Positions 51,901 through 62,630 of a stretch of DNA of 64,000 nucleotides are shown in pieces. Position 1 is the stretch's first letter; each line of letters opens with the position of its first letter. The notes beneath the pieces were generated by a model. It was not told the origin of the DNA. It worked only from the letters and a program-made list of their open reading frames with translations, and made no database searches. Both the position numbers and the translations under genes were made by a program. Source of the DNA: Thalia democratica (Eukaryota). The stretch lies in the NCBI GenBank assembly GCA_965202585.1, contig OZ241826.1:64666001-64730000 (forward strand). Direction: 5' to 3'.

Positions 51901-54900
51901 TTCTCACTGCTGACATGTCCTGACATCATCATGACCCCTGAAATTTATACAACATTCAAGTTATAAAATTGTTTCTATACCAAAATTATAAGTCTAAATG
52001 GTTTCATGACAATTCAAAGTTTTATGAGAGTGTCAAGGAACCATTCTTTGAAAAATAAACTTGAAACAACAAAAAATAAAATATGAGTAGTTGGTCCTAA
52101 TACTAAAAATTATTATAGTAAAACCTAACTTAATATAAGTAGTTCGTAAAAAAAAATCTCAGTACTCAGAATTTGATATGTTATACAACCAAGCTCAATA
52201 CCAGTAGTTGAGTAAAATATTCATGTTAAATTTATCCACTATAAGTATTTTAGACTAAATTATGTCAATACCTGTTCTAAGTCCTACTTAAAAAGTTATA
52301 CTTATACTAAAATAAAGAAAAGTTTAATACTTATTTCAAACCAGTCACCTAAAAATAATGATACGTAAAAAAAGCCTAAAACTTTAAAAATCAACTTACG
52401 AGTAAAAGTTTTCAAAAATTAACTTGTATACAATTAATTATTTTATTTATAAATAAATAAAAAAGTTTTGTTCTATATGTACAAAGATGGTTTCTGTTCT
52501 CTCTTAAGTTGAGGCTTAAAAACAACCATTTTTAAGTAAGTAAATAAGTATGAGTTTAAATGACTAAAAATGTTTTACTCAGTCTAACTTTTCGAAATAC
52601 TAAAAACAATTTATACATAGTTATACATTTTAAAAATTATAAGTTACAGTAGATTGTACATACGTTCTTAACTAACCAGGTGGAGGCTCAATATAACTAG
52701 ATGTATACATATCCTTGTCTTGAATTCTAGATTCAAAGAACTTTTCAACGTCTTCAGCAATTTCCTTTGCTTTCTCTCCGTCACAATTTACTTTTGTATC
52801 TACCTGATTAAAAATTAATACAACTTTAGTACTATTGAATTTTTTAGTTTTGTTAAAATCTTACAATTTTGAGACATCCTCACTATATAAGTCAAATTTT
52901 GTAGTCAGTTGTTTTATCATTTTTTATGAAAAAAACTAAGTAAGTTTAATCATATATTATATATTGATACAATCAGCAGCAGAGATATCAAATACTAGTA
53001 CATCAAAAACAATTATTTCAAATTTATAATTTTTAAAGAAGTCTTATTCTTATGTTATTTTTAAATTGCATTTGAACTTGCTTTAACCAGGGTTTCCAAA
53101 ACTTATTGGCGAATTTTCTCCAGGATTTCAAAATTTTCTTCAGGTTTTTAAAAGTACACGTTTTAGAGTCTATTTTTAGTTTAAAATTAAGTTTAAGGTA
53201 GAAAAAAGTGCATTAAAAAGATACTGTAAAGCTACTTTAAATGTGTTTTTTAATAATTTTTTTTTATGAAAGCAAAAAAAATTAATATGTGATAATTTTT
53301 TGTGTTAAATCTTTGTTTTTTTCACGTAGAAGTTGTTTAAAATTTCAGATTTTTTAGTGATTTTTGTTCAAATTTCTCAAGTTCTAGGTTTTTTAGCCTA
53401 AATTGTCAAATTCCATGTTTTTCCAGGATTCCAGGTTTTTGAAAACCTGTTTAACTTTATTGTTGGAAGGAATTTATTGTATTTAAATAAAATTTGCAAC
53501 TTATCATGAAAATATTTTTAATTTTAAAAAAATTATAAAATATAAAGTTTTTCGAATCTAATAGATTCTTTTTCGAATGCTAAATTAAATGTAAAACATT
53601 TTTAAATTATTTATATCATAATTGTTCAAAGTTATAAAAAACATGAAAGTAAAACAAAAAAACTTAATGATAATTGAGTTAATATATTGTTAGTGGGGCT
53701 ATCTTTCCGTTTCCATAAAATTGCGTATTTAGTTTTGGTTTTTCTTTTTCGATGAGTATTGATTTTAAACTCAATTATTATTAATTTTTTTTGTTTTACT
53801 ATCATGTTTTTTATAACTTTGAACAACTACGACATCTTAATTTTTTTATCAATCTTCAAAACTGCCCTATATTACATTATAATAAATTCAAAATGAATCA
53901 AGTAGATTTGAAAAGCTTCAAGTTTTATAAATTTTTATATATGAAAAATATATTCATCTTAAGTTGCAAAAGGTATTTAAACTTGCATTATGTTTTTAAA
54001 AACATCTTCATTAAAAAAATTAAAGTATTGACTCGATTTTGCTAAACCAGCCTAATTTTTTTTTTGGTTTTTGAAAATCACAAAGGAACAAATACAGTAG
54101 TGTGATTTCTATTGTAACTTTTTAATCATGTATGGTTTTTAATTATTATGAATTGTTTTTATTAAGGCCATAGGGGGGGGGGTAGGCCATGTTTTTTACA
54201 AGTTGATCTTATTTTATAGAGTTTTTACTAAGCTTCAAGTTGCTTTTTACCGTTTTTAAAAATTCGAATTAGTTTTTGAGATATGACCGGCCAAAGTCGG
54301 GCCGCATAACAGGTTCCTTATGGGGAAGGAAAAACTAAAACGGCGAAAAAAGACTAATGCATTCAAAATCTATCTCCTCCTTCATTTTTTAAGCAATCTT
54401 CTTCAAACTTTCACAGTCTATTCTTTATACAATAACAAAAAAACGTTATTTGTGACTTTAAAAAATTTCAAGTAAAAATACCTTTTTTTTGAAAAAAAAA
54501 AAAATTTTTTTTGATAAAAAATCACTTTTTTATTTTTATCATAAAATTTTTTATTTTTAAATTATTAAAATTCACAAATAAAGTTATTTTCTCATAATGT
54601 TAGGAACATTTCCTGAAAATTTGAAGAAGATTGCTTGAAAATGAAGGAGAAGATAGATTTTAAAGCCCGTTTTTAAAAACTTGAGAAAAACGGCTTTAAA
54701 GTTACCCTTTATAAAGACAACCCTTTATATAAATGGTCATAAAAAAAAAAGTTACTTAATATTTTTAAAATCTAAAAAAAGCATCTGAAAGATTATGAAA
54801 TTTACTATAATATAAGTCTATATGTTATTTTTGGTCAAAAGATGGCTTCTACCCCCTATGGCCTTAACAAAAACCAATCAAATAAAGGTACACTACTTAT

Positions 54901-57900
54901 AAAGAAAGTATTATAACTAATTTTTATTTCTAGTCTAAAAACATGTACCATTTTGCAATCTTCATTTTTTAAGCAATCTTCTTCAAACTTTCACAGTCTA
55001 TTCTTTATACAATAACAAAAAAACGTTATTTGTGACTTTAAAAAATTTCAAGTAAAAATACCTTTTTTTTGAAAAAAAAAAAATTTTTTTTGATAAAAAA
55101 TCACTTTTTTATTTTTATCATAAAATTTTTTATTTTTAAATTATTAAAATTCACAAATAAAGTTATTTTCTCATAATGTTAGGAACATTTCCTGAAAATT
55201 TGAAGAAGATTGCTTGAAAATGAAGGAGAAGATAGATTTTAAAGCCCGTTTTTAAAAACTTGAGAAAAACGGCTTTAAAGTTACCCTTTATAAAGACAAC
55301 CCTTTATATAAATGGTCATAAAAAAAAAAGTTACTTAATATTTTTAAAATCTAAAAAAAGCATCTGAAAGATTATGAAATTTACTATAATATAAGTCTAT
55401 ATGTTATTTTTGGTCAAAAGATGGCTTCTACCCCCTATGGCCTTAACAAAAACCAATCAAATAAAGGTACACTACTTATAAAGAAAGTATTATAACTAAT
55501 TTTTATTTCTAGTCTAAAAACATGTACCATTTTGCTTACATTAAAAAATACAAAGCTAAAGTTGGTTTTCGGTTACATACACAAATAGCAAATAAACCTT
55601 TCTCCATTATATACATGGAATATATTTGATGATAGATATTAAACATACCATTTACTTTAAAAACAAACTTAACGCATTTTGAACGTTGCCACAAAAATGA
55701 TAAACGATTATATAAATTGTATTAATCTATTTGACTTCAAAAGTGTGTTTAATAAAAATTGAAGCATCTAATTCTTATAAAATTTATATTATCATAATAA
55801 AAATAAATTATAAAAACATAGACTTTTAGAAACATTTCATAAATAGTGAAATTTTTTTAATTGATCAATGAAATAAATATTTAATGAATAATAAATAATT
55901 AATTTAAAAAAATCTGGACTTTTAAGCATACATTTTGGTTAAGGAACATTACAAATACGCCTGGTATTTCTTGCAAGGTGCTTTTGACTTAAATATTGGT
56001 GGAACTAAAATATTCAGGGTTCGTGCGCGAATTTTTTCATTTAGCCTGACTGAGACCAATTTAGCCTGACATTTTCTTAAAGTAAGGAAAATCTCCTTTA
56101 GAAGTCATTTTAGGTATTGGGGAGTCTTGATAAGCTTTATCTCAAAATATTTTGAGCTTTAAAAATCTGCAAAAAGCAACTCATAGCTTAGTTACAACTC
56201 AATAAAATAAGACTAAATTGTAAAAAAGGTGATTGACCCCCCTACGCCCTTAACAGAACAAATTCAATGATAAGTTTTAAAATAAGTGTTATATCTAATG
56301 TACAACTAATGTAAAAATTTAATATATATTACAAACACAATTGTTCATTTCAATTAACACTAAGTAAAAACATAACTAGAAGATTTATATTAAAACAACG
56401 CGCATTGTTGTGTTTTATTAAAATTTAAAATGAAACGCTTACACGAGTATTAAAGTTCAAACAAACAGCTGTTATTGAACTAAACTGTAATGTTTAAACT
56501 GTAGTTTTTTATGAATTTTCATAATTATGACATATATAACCTACTCAAAACAAAATAATGAAGATTATTAAAAAATTTTAGAGATTCAACAAAATTTTAC
56601 AAATACTCACTGATTTTGTCTTTAATAACTAAATCTTCATTTAGAAATAAATTCACATCTCAATTTTATCTTAAAAAGATTTCTCAATTTATTTTTATCA
56701 AAAATTTTCAAGCATTTGAACTGAGAAAAACTGAAATTCTCAAATTTTTAAACAAAAAAACTGATTTAGCCTGACGTTTCTCAACTTTTTTCAAAAAAAA
56801 CTGATTTAGCCTGACGCGCACGAACCCTGATATTGATTATTGTTAAAAAACTAATTTTACAAAATACTACAAAATGATAAATTGATGTAGTAGCAAACTT
56901 CCTTTTATTATAAAATTAAAAGTTTATTTAGATATGTTTCAAGAAAAATAATAATTACTTATAAGGATTTCTCTTTCATTACTTATAGCCATCTAAATAA
57001 ACTAAGTTAACCTATCAGGAATCTAGAGTTATAACAAGTTTTTTCTCTTTGAGTCAACAATTTCATCCTAAGTGTCCTTAAACCAGGGTTTCCCTTGGGG
57101 CCATTATAGAAACTTAGGGGCCATGAGGTCATAACTTAAAACTTACACCAAATACTTTAGAGTTGATAAGAAAAAAAAAAGGTCTTAGGCTTTTTAATGC
57201 GAACGGGTTAAATATGCATGAAGGGACACTTTTGCATAAAGGGTTTTATTTTTGCACAAAGGGTCATGTTTACACAAGAGTAAAAAAAAAAACCAACTGA
57301 GGGTAAGTGTTAGGGGTAAAAGTGATAGTAAAAATAAAATAGAAAAAGGAAATAAGTTTAAATTGAATTTATTAATAAAAAAAATAAAAAATCATAAAAG
57401 AAGAGAAAAAAGTTACCAACCAAGGGTTAGGGTTAGTGGTAACAGTAATAGTAAAAAAAAATAGAGATCAGAGTATCTCAATAAAAATTAAATTCTAGTC
57501 AAAATATTATACAAAGCAAATACTTTGTGGAACAAGTTACCACAGGATGTGGTATCGTGTGAGAGGGTGGAACATTTTTGTTTAAAACTAAAAATACTTA
57601 ATCTAAATAGTATAAATATAAGTAAAATTCAGTAGCTTTCCACAAAAACAAAACAAAAAAATAAATACAACTTTTATAGTACTTATCCCATCTAAATTAA
57701 CTAGTGTTTTTTTGCTTTTCTATTAGTAATATTTAATAGTTTTATTTCCTTACGCCTCCCTTATAACAGAATATCAATTTACTTTTATTAATTTTGTACA
57801 AATGTGTTGGTATGTACTAAGTTATTGCTTTTTAAATCAAGCAAATAAGTTTAAACTTATTAATAAGTTTTTTATAGTTTTAACATGTTTAATGTTTTGT

Positions 57901-59197
57901 TAATGTTTACTTTTTGTTGTATAAATGTATTTTATGTTGCTTTTAATTTTCTCATTGTGTGTCCTGTTTAAGGGCATAGGGAGGTAAACACACTTTTTTG
58001 GTTTTTGATCTTATTTTATATAGTTTTTACTTAGCTACAAGATGCTTTTTACAGATTTAAAATATTCAAAATAATTTTTGAGATATAGCCGGTCAAAGTC
58101 GGCGGCAACAATAGGATCCTTATGGGAGGCGCAAACTAAAACGGCAAATAACTAGAAATCACTAAAAATCTATCTCCTCCTACGTTTTTTGAGATAACTA
58201 CCTCAAATTTTCAGGAAATGTTCCTTGCAGTATTTAGAAAATTCTGTCGGAACAGAATTTAAAAAAATTAAAAAATAAAAGTTTTATAACAAAAAAAACA
58301 AAAAAAAAAAACTGTTTTTTTTGTTTATTTTTTATATAAAATTTTTATTTTTTATTTTTTCAAAATTCCTTCCGACAGAATTTTTTAATATATCAAGGAA
58401 GATTTCCTGAAAGTTTGAGGTAGTTATCTCTAAAAACGTAGGAGAAGATAGATTTTTAGTAAAATAGTCTATTTTTGCTGTTTTAGTTTGCGCCTCCCAT
58501 AAGGAACCTATTGTTGGCTCTGACTTTGACCGACTAAATCTCAAAAATTATTTTGAATTTTTCAAATCTGTAAAAAGCATCTTGTAGCTTAGTAAAAACT
58601 ATATAAAATAAGATCAAAAACCAAAAAAGGGTGTTTACCCCCCCTATGCCCTTAAGTGGATCAGATTTTGATGCCTGAGTCCAACATTGCACAATAAACA
58701 ATATAAGAACAATAATAATAGTATAACTTCATTTAATTTTTTTAAGACTTAGAGAGTTTTTAAATTAATGTTTTTAGGTAAGGATATAACTTTTACACAG
58801 ATATACTAAAGTTATAGAACTTAAACTCTGCATTTTAAGTCAAAAGTATTTGACTTCAAAAAACTAAAAACATTCTTAAATGTCAAACTAAATACAATCA
58901 AACCTGCTGAAAGTATTGAAAAGCATTGTGCTTAGGTTTATACTTTGCTCCAAGACGTATGTACTTACTGCTCTCTTCTAATTCAGGGTTGCAAAAATGG
59001 TGGTGAGGAGGTAAGTGGGTGTGCTTAAGTAGTAGAAGGTTGGCAATATCTTGGCTAATAAATACTCTGTACTCTTCAACTACTTCATTTTGTTTTAAGT
59101 CAGACTGCATGGGTTCCTCTTTTACTTTGATATTTGCTGCTATATTGTTCACGGCCTCAACTTTGTTCATTTTGTACTTTTGAATCTTGTTAACCAT
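45915..59197 (-). CDS. POLR3E: RNA polymerase III subunit RPC5 (Sin-like/C37 family), ~473 aa, 6 exons
   Basis: Exons 59197-58904, 52803-52677, 51937-51705, 51514-51399, 49649-49406, 46322-45915; GT-AG, phases consistent, total 1422 nt. Collinear similarity to RPC5: VVEEYRVFISQD (VVQEIDVYLAKS), AKYKPK (AKIKPK), GEKAKEIAEDV (KGEQIALNV), ITLTPISKQLQMNISLNHLD (LHLTPLHGILQLRPSFSYLD), ETDAQREAREKSF, EKWQNL, AQEYLLKL (PSEYLMML), VLQGRLVVKS (LVQGNWVVKS). Confidence 0.78.
46581..47855. mobile_element. CAGGGTTCGTGCGCG-TIR element nested in the HINE-like element; inverted sister copy at 56015-56829
   Basis: TIRs with repeated TCAGGCTAAAT subterminal motifs. Internals are reverse-complementary to 56015-56829 apart from an extra ~380-bp insert. 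AATACAA occurs on both sides. Confidence 0.75.
48244..48771. repeat. Two ~307-bp tandem units, each a fold-back element plus a spacer
   Basis: 33-bp inverted arms at 48244-48382; an inverted relative at 48478-48689; spacer TATATTCCAGTGAAC...GAATAGTTACA repeated at 48392-48464 and 48699-48771. Confidence 0.7.
53088..53449. mobile_element. CAGGGTTGCCA-TIR MITE with 6-bp TSD (family also at 59372-59767, 59849-60230; partial at ~19555-19930, 21051-21350, 23700-24005)
   Basis: TSD TTTAAC on both sides; internal TTCCAGG(T)TTTT repeats and GTCTATTTTTAGTTT shared with the other copies. Confidence 0.8.
54166..54863. mobile_element. Kolobok-type MITE (second subfamily)
   Basis: TTAA|GGCCATAGGGGGGGGGTAGGCCAT...ATGGCTTCTACCCCCTATGGCC|TTAA. 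Confidence 0.75.
54380..55535. repeat. ~577-bp near-identical tandem duplication
   Basis: 54380-54956 is repeated at 54960-55535 with a 3-nt spacer; the only difference I saw was a 1-nt homopolymer indel. Confidence 0.9.
56015..56829. mobile_element. CAGGGTTCGTGCGCG-TIR element
   Basis: Perfect 15-bp TIRs CAGGGTTCGTGCGCG / CGCGCACGAACCCTG with ATATT on both flanks. Confidence 0.8.
57972..58651. mobile_element. Kolobok-type MITE
   Basis: TTAA TSD; TIRs GGGCATAGGGAGGTAAACAC / GTGTTTACCCCCCCTATGCCC; high similarity to 42089-42763. Confidence 0.85.
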
Positions 59198-59371
59198 CTG
59201 GAGTCAGATTTATTTAACTATACGACTAATGGTCTGTTAAAACAGAAATGAAAATATTTAAAACAGAACTTGCTTCACACAAAGACTAAACATAACTTAT
59301 TTATATAAAGGCCGACTAATTTGTTATACTAGTTTAAATACTATACAATCTACAATAAACTATACTAAACA

Positions 59372-59767
59372 CAGGGTTGTCACTTGTTTTTTTGAAAAAA
59401 TTTCCAGGTTTTACAAATTTCTTCCAGTTTTTTAAAAGTACATATTTTTGGGTCTATTTTTAGTTTAAAGTTAAATTTAAGGTAAAAAACTGTGTTAAAT
59501 AGTATAAAAAGATTGAAAATTTACCGTAAAGCTACTTAAAATGTGTTTAAAAAAAATTTGGTTATGACAAAAAATTTTTATCTATATGATAAATTTTTTG
59601 AGTCAAACTGAAATTTTACTATTCAACATGTTGAAATTCTTAAAAATTCCAGGTTTTTTCAGGTTTTTTGTTCAAAATTTCAGGTCTTTCCAGGTTGTTT
59701 TCAAAATTTATTAAATTCCAGATTTTTTTGCCTAAATTGTCAAATTCCAGGTAAAGTGGCTACCCTG
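59372..59767. mobile_element. CAGGGTTGCCA-TIR MITE, TSD TAAACA
   Basis: TAAACA|CAGGGTTGTCACTT...AAGTGGCTACCCTG|TAAACA. Confidence 0.8.
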
Positions 59768-59848
59768 TAAACATATTACTTGCAAAAATTTATATAAACA
59801 TGGTTTCCAACTTTTCAAGTAAAACTTTTACTAAGTATTTGGGTGAAA

Positions 59849-60230
59849 CAAGGTTGCCACTTGTTTTTATTTTTTTTTCCAGGTTTTCCAAATTTCTTCC
59901 AGGTTTTTAAAAGTATACATTGTTGGGTCTATTTTTAGTTTTAAGTTAATTTATATATAAGAAACTGTGTTAAATAGTATAAAAACATTGAAAAGATATT
60001 GTTAAGTTACTTTAAATGTGTTTTTTAATAAAAAAATATTTTAATGATGACAAAAATATCATACTTACATGATAGATTTTTTGTGTCAAATCAAAATTTT
60101 ACAACTGAAAATATTAAAATTATTAAAAATTCCAGGTTTTTTTCAAAACTTCTCAAATTCCAGGTTTTTCTAGGTTATTTTTGCCTAAATTGTTGAATTC
60201 CAGGTTTTTCTTGGTAAAGTGGCAACCCTG
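59849..60230. mobile_element. CAGGGTTGCCA-TIR MITE, TSD GTGAAA/GTTAAA
   Basis: GTGAAA|CAAGGTTGCCACTT...AAGTGGCAACCCTG|GTTAAA. Confidence 0.75.
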
Positions 60231-61319
60231 GTTAAAAAAATTAAAAAATAGAAACTTTATAACAAAAAACTAAAATAAAACAGTTTTATTTTTGTTTATT
60301 TTGTATATAAAGAAATTTATTTTTAAATTTTTTGAAAATTCTTTCCAACTGAATTTTCTAAATATATCAAGAGACATTTCCTGAAAATTTGAAGTAGTTA
60401 TCTCAAAAAACGTAGGAGAAGATAGATTTTTAGTGAAATAGTCTATTTTTGCAGTTTTAGTTTACACCTCCCATAAGGAACCTATTGTTGACTCTGACTT
60501 TGACAGGCTATATCTCAAAAATTATTTGAATTTTTTAAATCTTTAAAAGCATTTTGTAGCTTAGTAAAAACTATATACAATAAGATCAAAAATAAAAAAA
60601 AGGGGTTTACCCCTAAGCCCTTATTAGTTGGTTAAAACCAAGTTGGTCATATGCACGAATTGGGGCACACATTATTCAATGTTACCTGCAGGAACTTTTT
60701 CTAATTTAATTTGATATTCAATATATATTTACTACCAGGTCCAATTTTCTACAATGTGCTTTTTTAAAAGTAAAGAAATTGGTAAGGTACGCACCCGCGT
60801 AATGTACGCATTAAATTTATTAATTTTTTTATATATTTTTTTTAAATTGGTTTTAGGAAATATATTTAAAAGTAAGTATTTACAAACTTTTTACGTCTGT
60901 TATCAGAGACGAAGACAAGCTCTTTAAAGCAAAGATATATAAGCTGTAACTACTAGTAACACTTCAACTACGTTTGAAATTTTAACTTTATAAAAACTTT
61001 ATTGTCATAAAAATAAAAATTATTCTTTTTTTCAAAACTTGTATTTGACTATAACAAAAAAATTATTAGGTTTAAAATGAGTTTTTTAAACTAAAGTTTA
61101 ATTAAATTGTACTAGAACTGTTTTAAATGGGTAGCTGTCTAAATTGAACGAGCGTACAAAATTGCACGAAGATACTTTTGCACGAGGGGATGAAATTGCA
61201 CGAAGACGAAAGGCCACTTTTGCACGAGCAGAAAATTTCGCAGGGAGACAGTTTTGCACGGTTTAAATTATTTTTATTTTATTTTTTGATTTTATTAGAT
61301 ATTTTTTTTTGAGTTTTTT

Positions 61320-61790
61320 TTTATTTTTACTATCACTGTTACTTCTAACTTAGGAGTCCTAAGTCCTTCCTCCTAACCCTTACACTCAGTCGGTAAGTTT
61401 TTTTTTTAATTTTTTTAACTTCTAATATATTTTTTTATTTTTTTATTTTTTATTTTTTTTTACTATTACTGTTACCCCTAACCCTTACCCTCGGTCCGTA
61501 GCTTTTTTTTAATTCATTCTGAATAATATTTTTTAGCTATATTTTATTTCATCTTTACTATCACTGTTACCCCTAACCTTTACCCTCGGTCGGTAAGTTG
61601 TTTTTATTTTTTTGTTTTATTTTAATTTTTATTATTTTTATTTTACTATTACTGTTACCCCTAACCCATACCCTTGGTCAGTAGTTTTTTTTTAATTGAT
61701 TTTTTTCTTGTTACTAATTTTTTTAGTTATTTTTTAATTTTACTATCACTGTTACCCCTAACCCTTACTCTCGTTCTGTAACTTTTTTTT
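61320..61790. repeat. Five ~45-bp units TACTAT(C/T)ACTGTTACCCCTAACCCTTACCCTCGGTCGGTAAG separated by T-rich spacers
   Basis: Units start near 61328, 61461, 61557, 61645 and 61741; period mostly ~90-95 bp; lies inside the HINE-like element. Confidence 0.85.
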
Positions 61791-61849
61791 TTTAGTTATT
61801 TTTTTTAAATATTTGTTTTATATACTCTCGTGCAAAAGTGTAACTTGAA

Positions 61850-62630
61850 TTAATCCAAAGGGTTGATCATACCAATTCGATCATCAGACCATAAGCTTTC
61901 GGTAGACTGGGACCGGTTTCGTCCTGATGATGACAGATGTCAGTAATTCACAACTAAATACTTGCAATTTATAATCTACAAATGGTTTATATATGCAAGC
62001 ATGAAGCAACCGATTGCTGGCATTAATCAATGACGTCAGCATTGTCTTTTGCCGTGCAATGTTCAATACATTGTCACACGGCGAAAGTCCGCAGAGCAGA
62101 AGCCTGAATTTTCGTATGCCGTGAGACAAGCTAAGTTTATCTAAAGCAGGGTTTCCCAAACTTTTTTGCTAATGGCCCCCTTTAAAGAGTTTGAAAAAGT
62201 TATGGCCCCCTTCAACATATAGATTACTCATAAACTACGATAAAATACACATTAGACCTTTTTTTTTTTTTTGCTCTTCATCTGAAACTCAAGAATATCT
62301 AGTGTAAGTTTCTAAACTGCCATAAAATACACATAAGACCTTTTTTTTTGCTCTTCATCTGCAACTCAAGAATATCTAGTGTAAGTTTCAAGTTATGGCC
62401 TCATAGCCCCCCTGTGGCTCCTTTACTGCTCATGGCCCCCTGAGTATCTGTCATGGCCCCCTAGGGGGCCACTTGGCCCACTTTGGGAAACCCTGATCTA
62501 AAGGGTTCAGTGATCAGTCTACCGAAAGCTTGTGGTCTGATGATCGAATAAGTATGATCAACCCTTTGGATTAACTTGAGCTTGTCTCACGACATACAAA
62601 TGTCTAGGCTTCTGCTATGCAGACTTTTGC
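61850..62630. repeat. Inverted, circularly permuted copies of a ~290-nt unit interrupted by the hAT MITE
   Basis: 62515-62574 is the reverse complement of 61850-61909, and 62579-62630 is the reverse complement of 62080-62132. Confidence 0.7.
62147..62495. mobile_element. Young hAT (Charlie-like) MITE
   Basis: Perfect TIRs CAGGGTTTCCCAAA / TTTGGGAAACCCTG, perfect 8-bp TSD ATCTAAAG (62139-62146, 62496-62503), and an internal ~75-bp tandem duplication. Confidence 0.92.

Noticed and set aside
61320-61790. CRISPR-like repeat-spacer appearance
   Set aside because: The spacers are low-complexity T-rich tracts, there are no cas genes, the context is eukaryotic, and the unit belongs to a dispersed repeat family.
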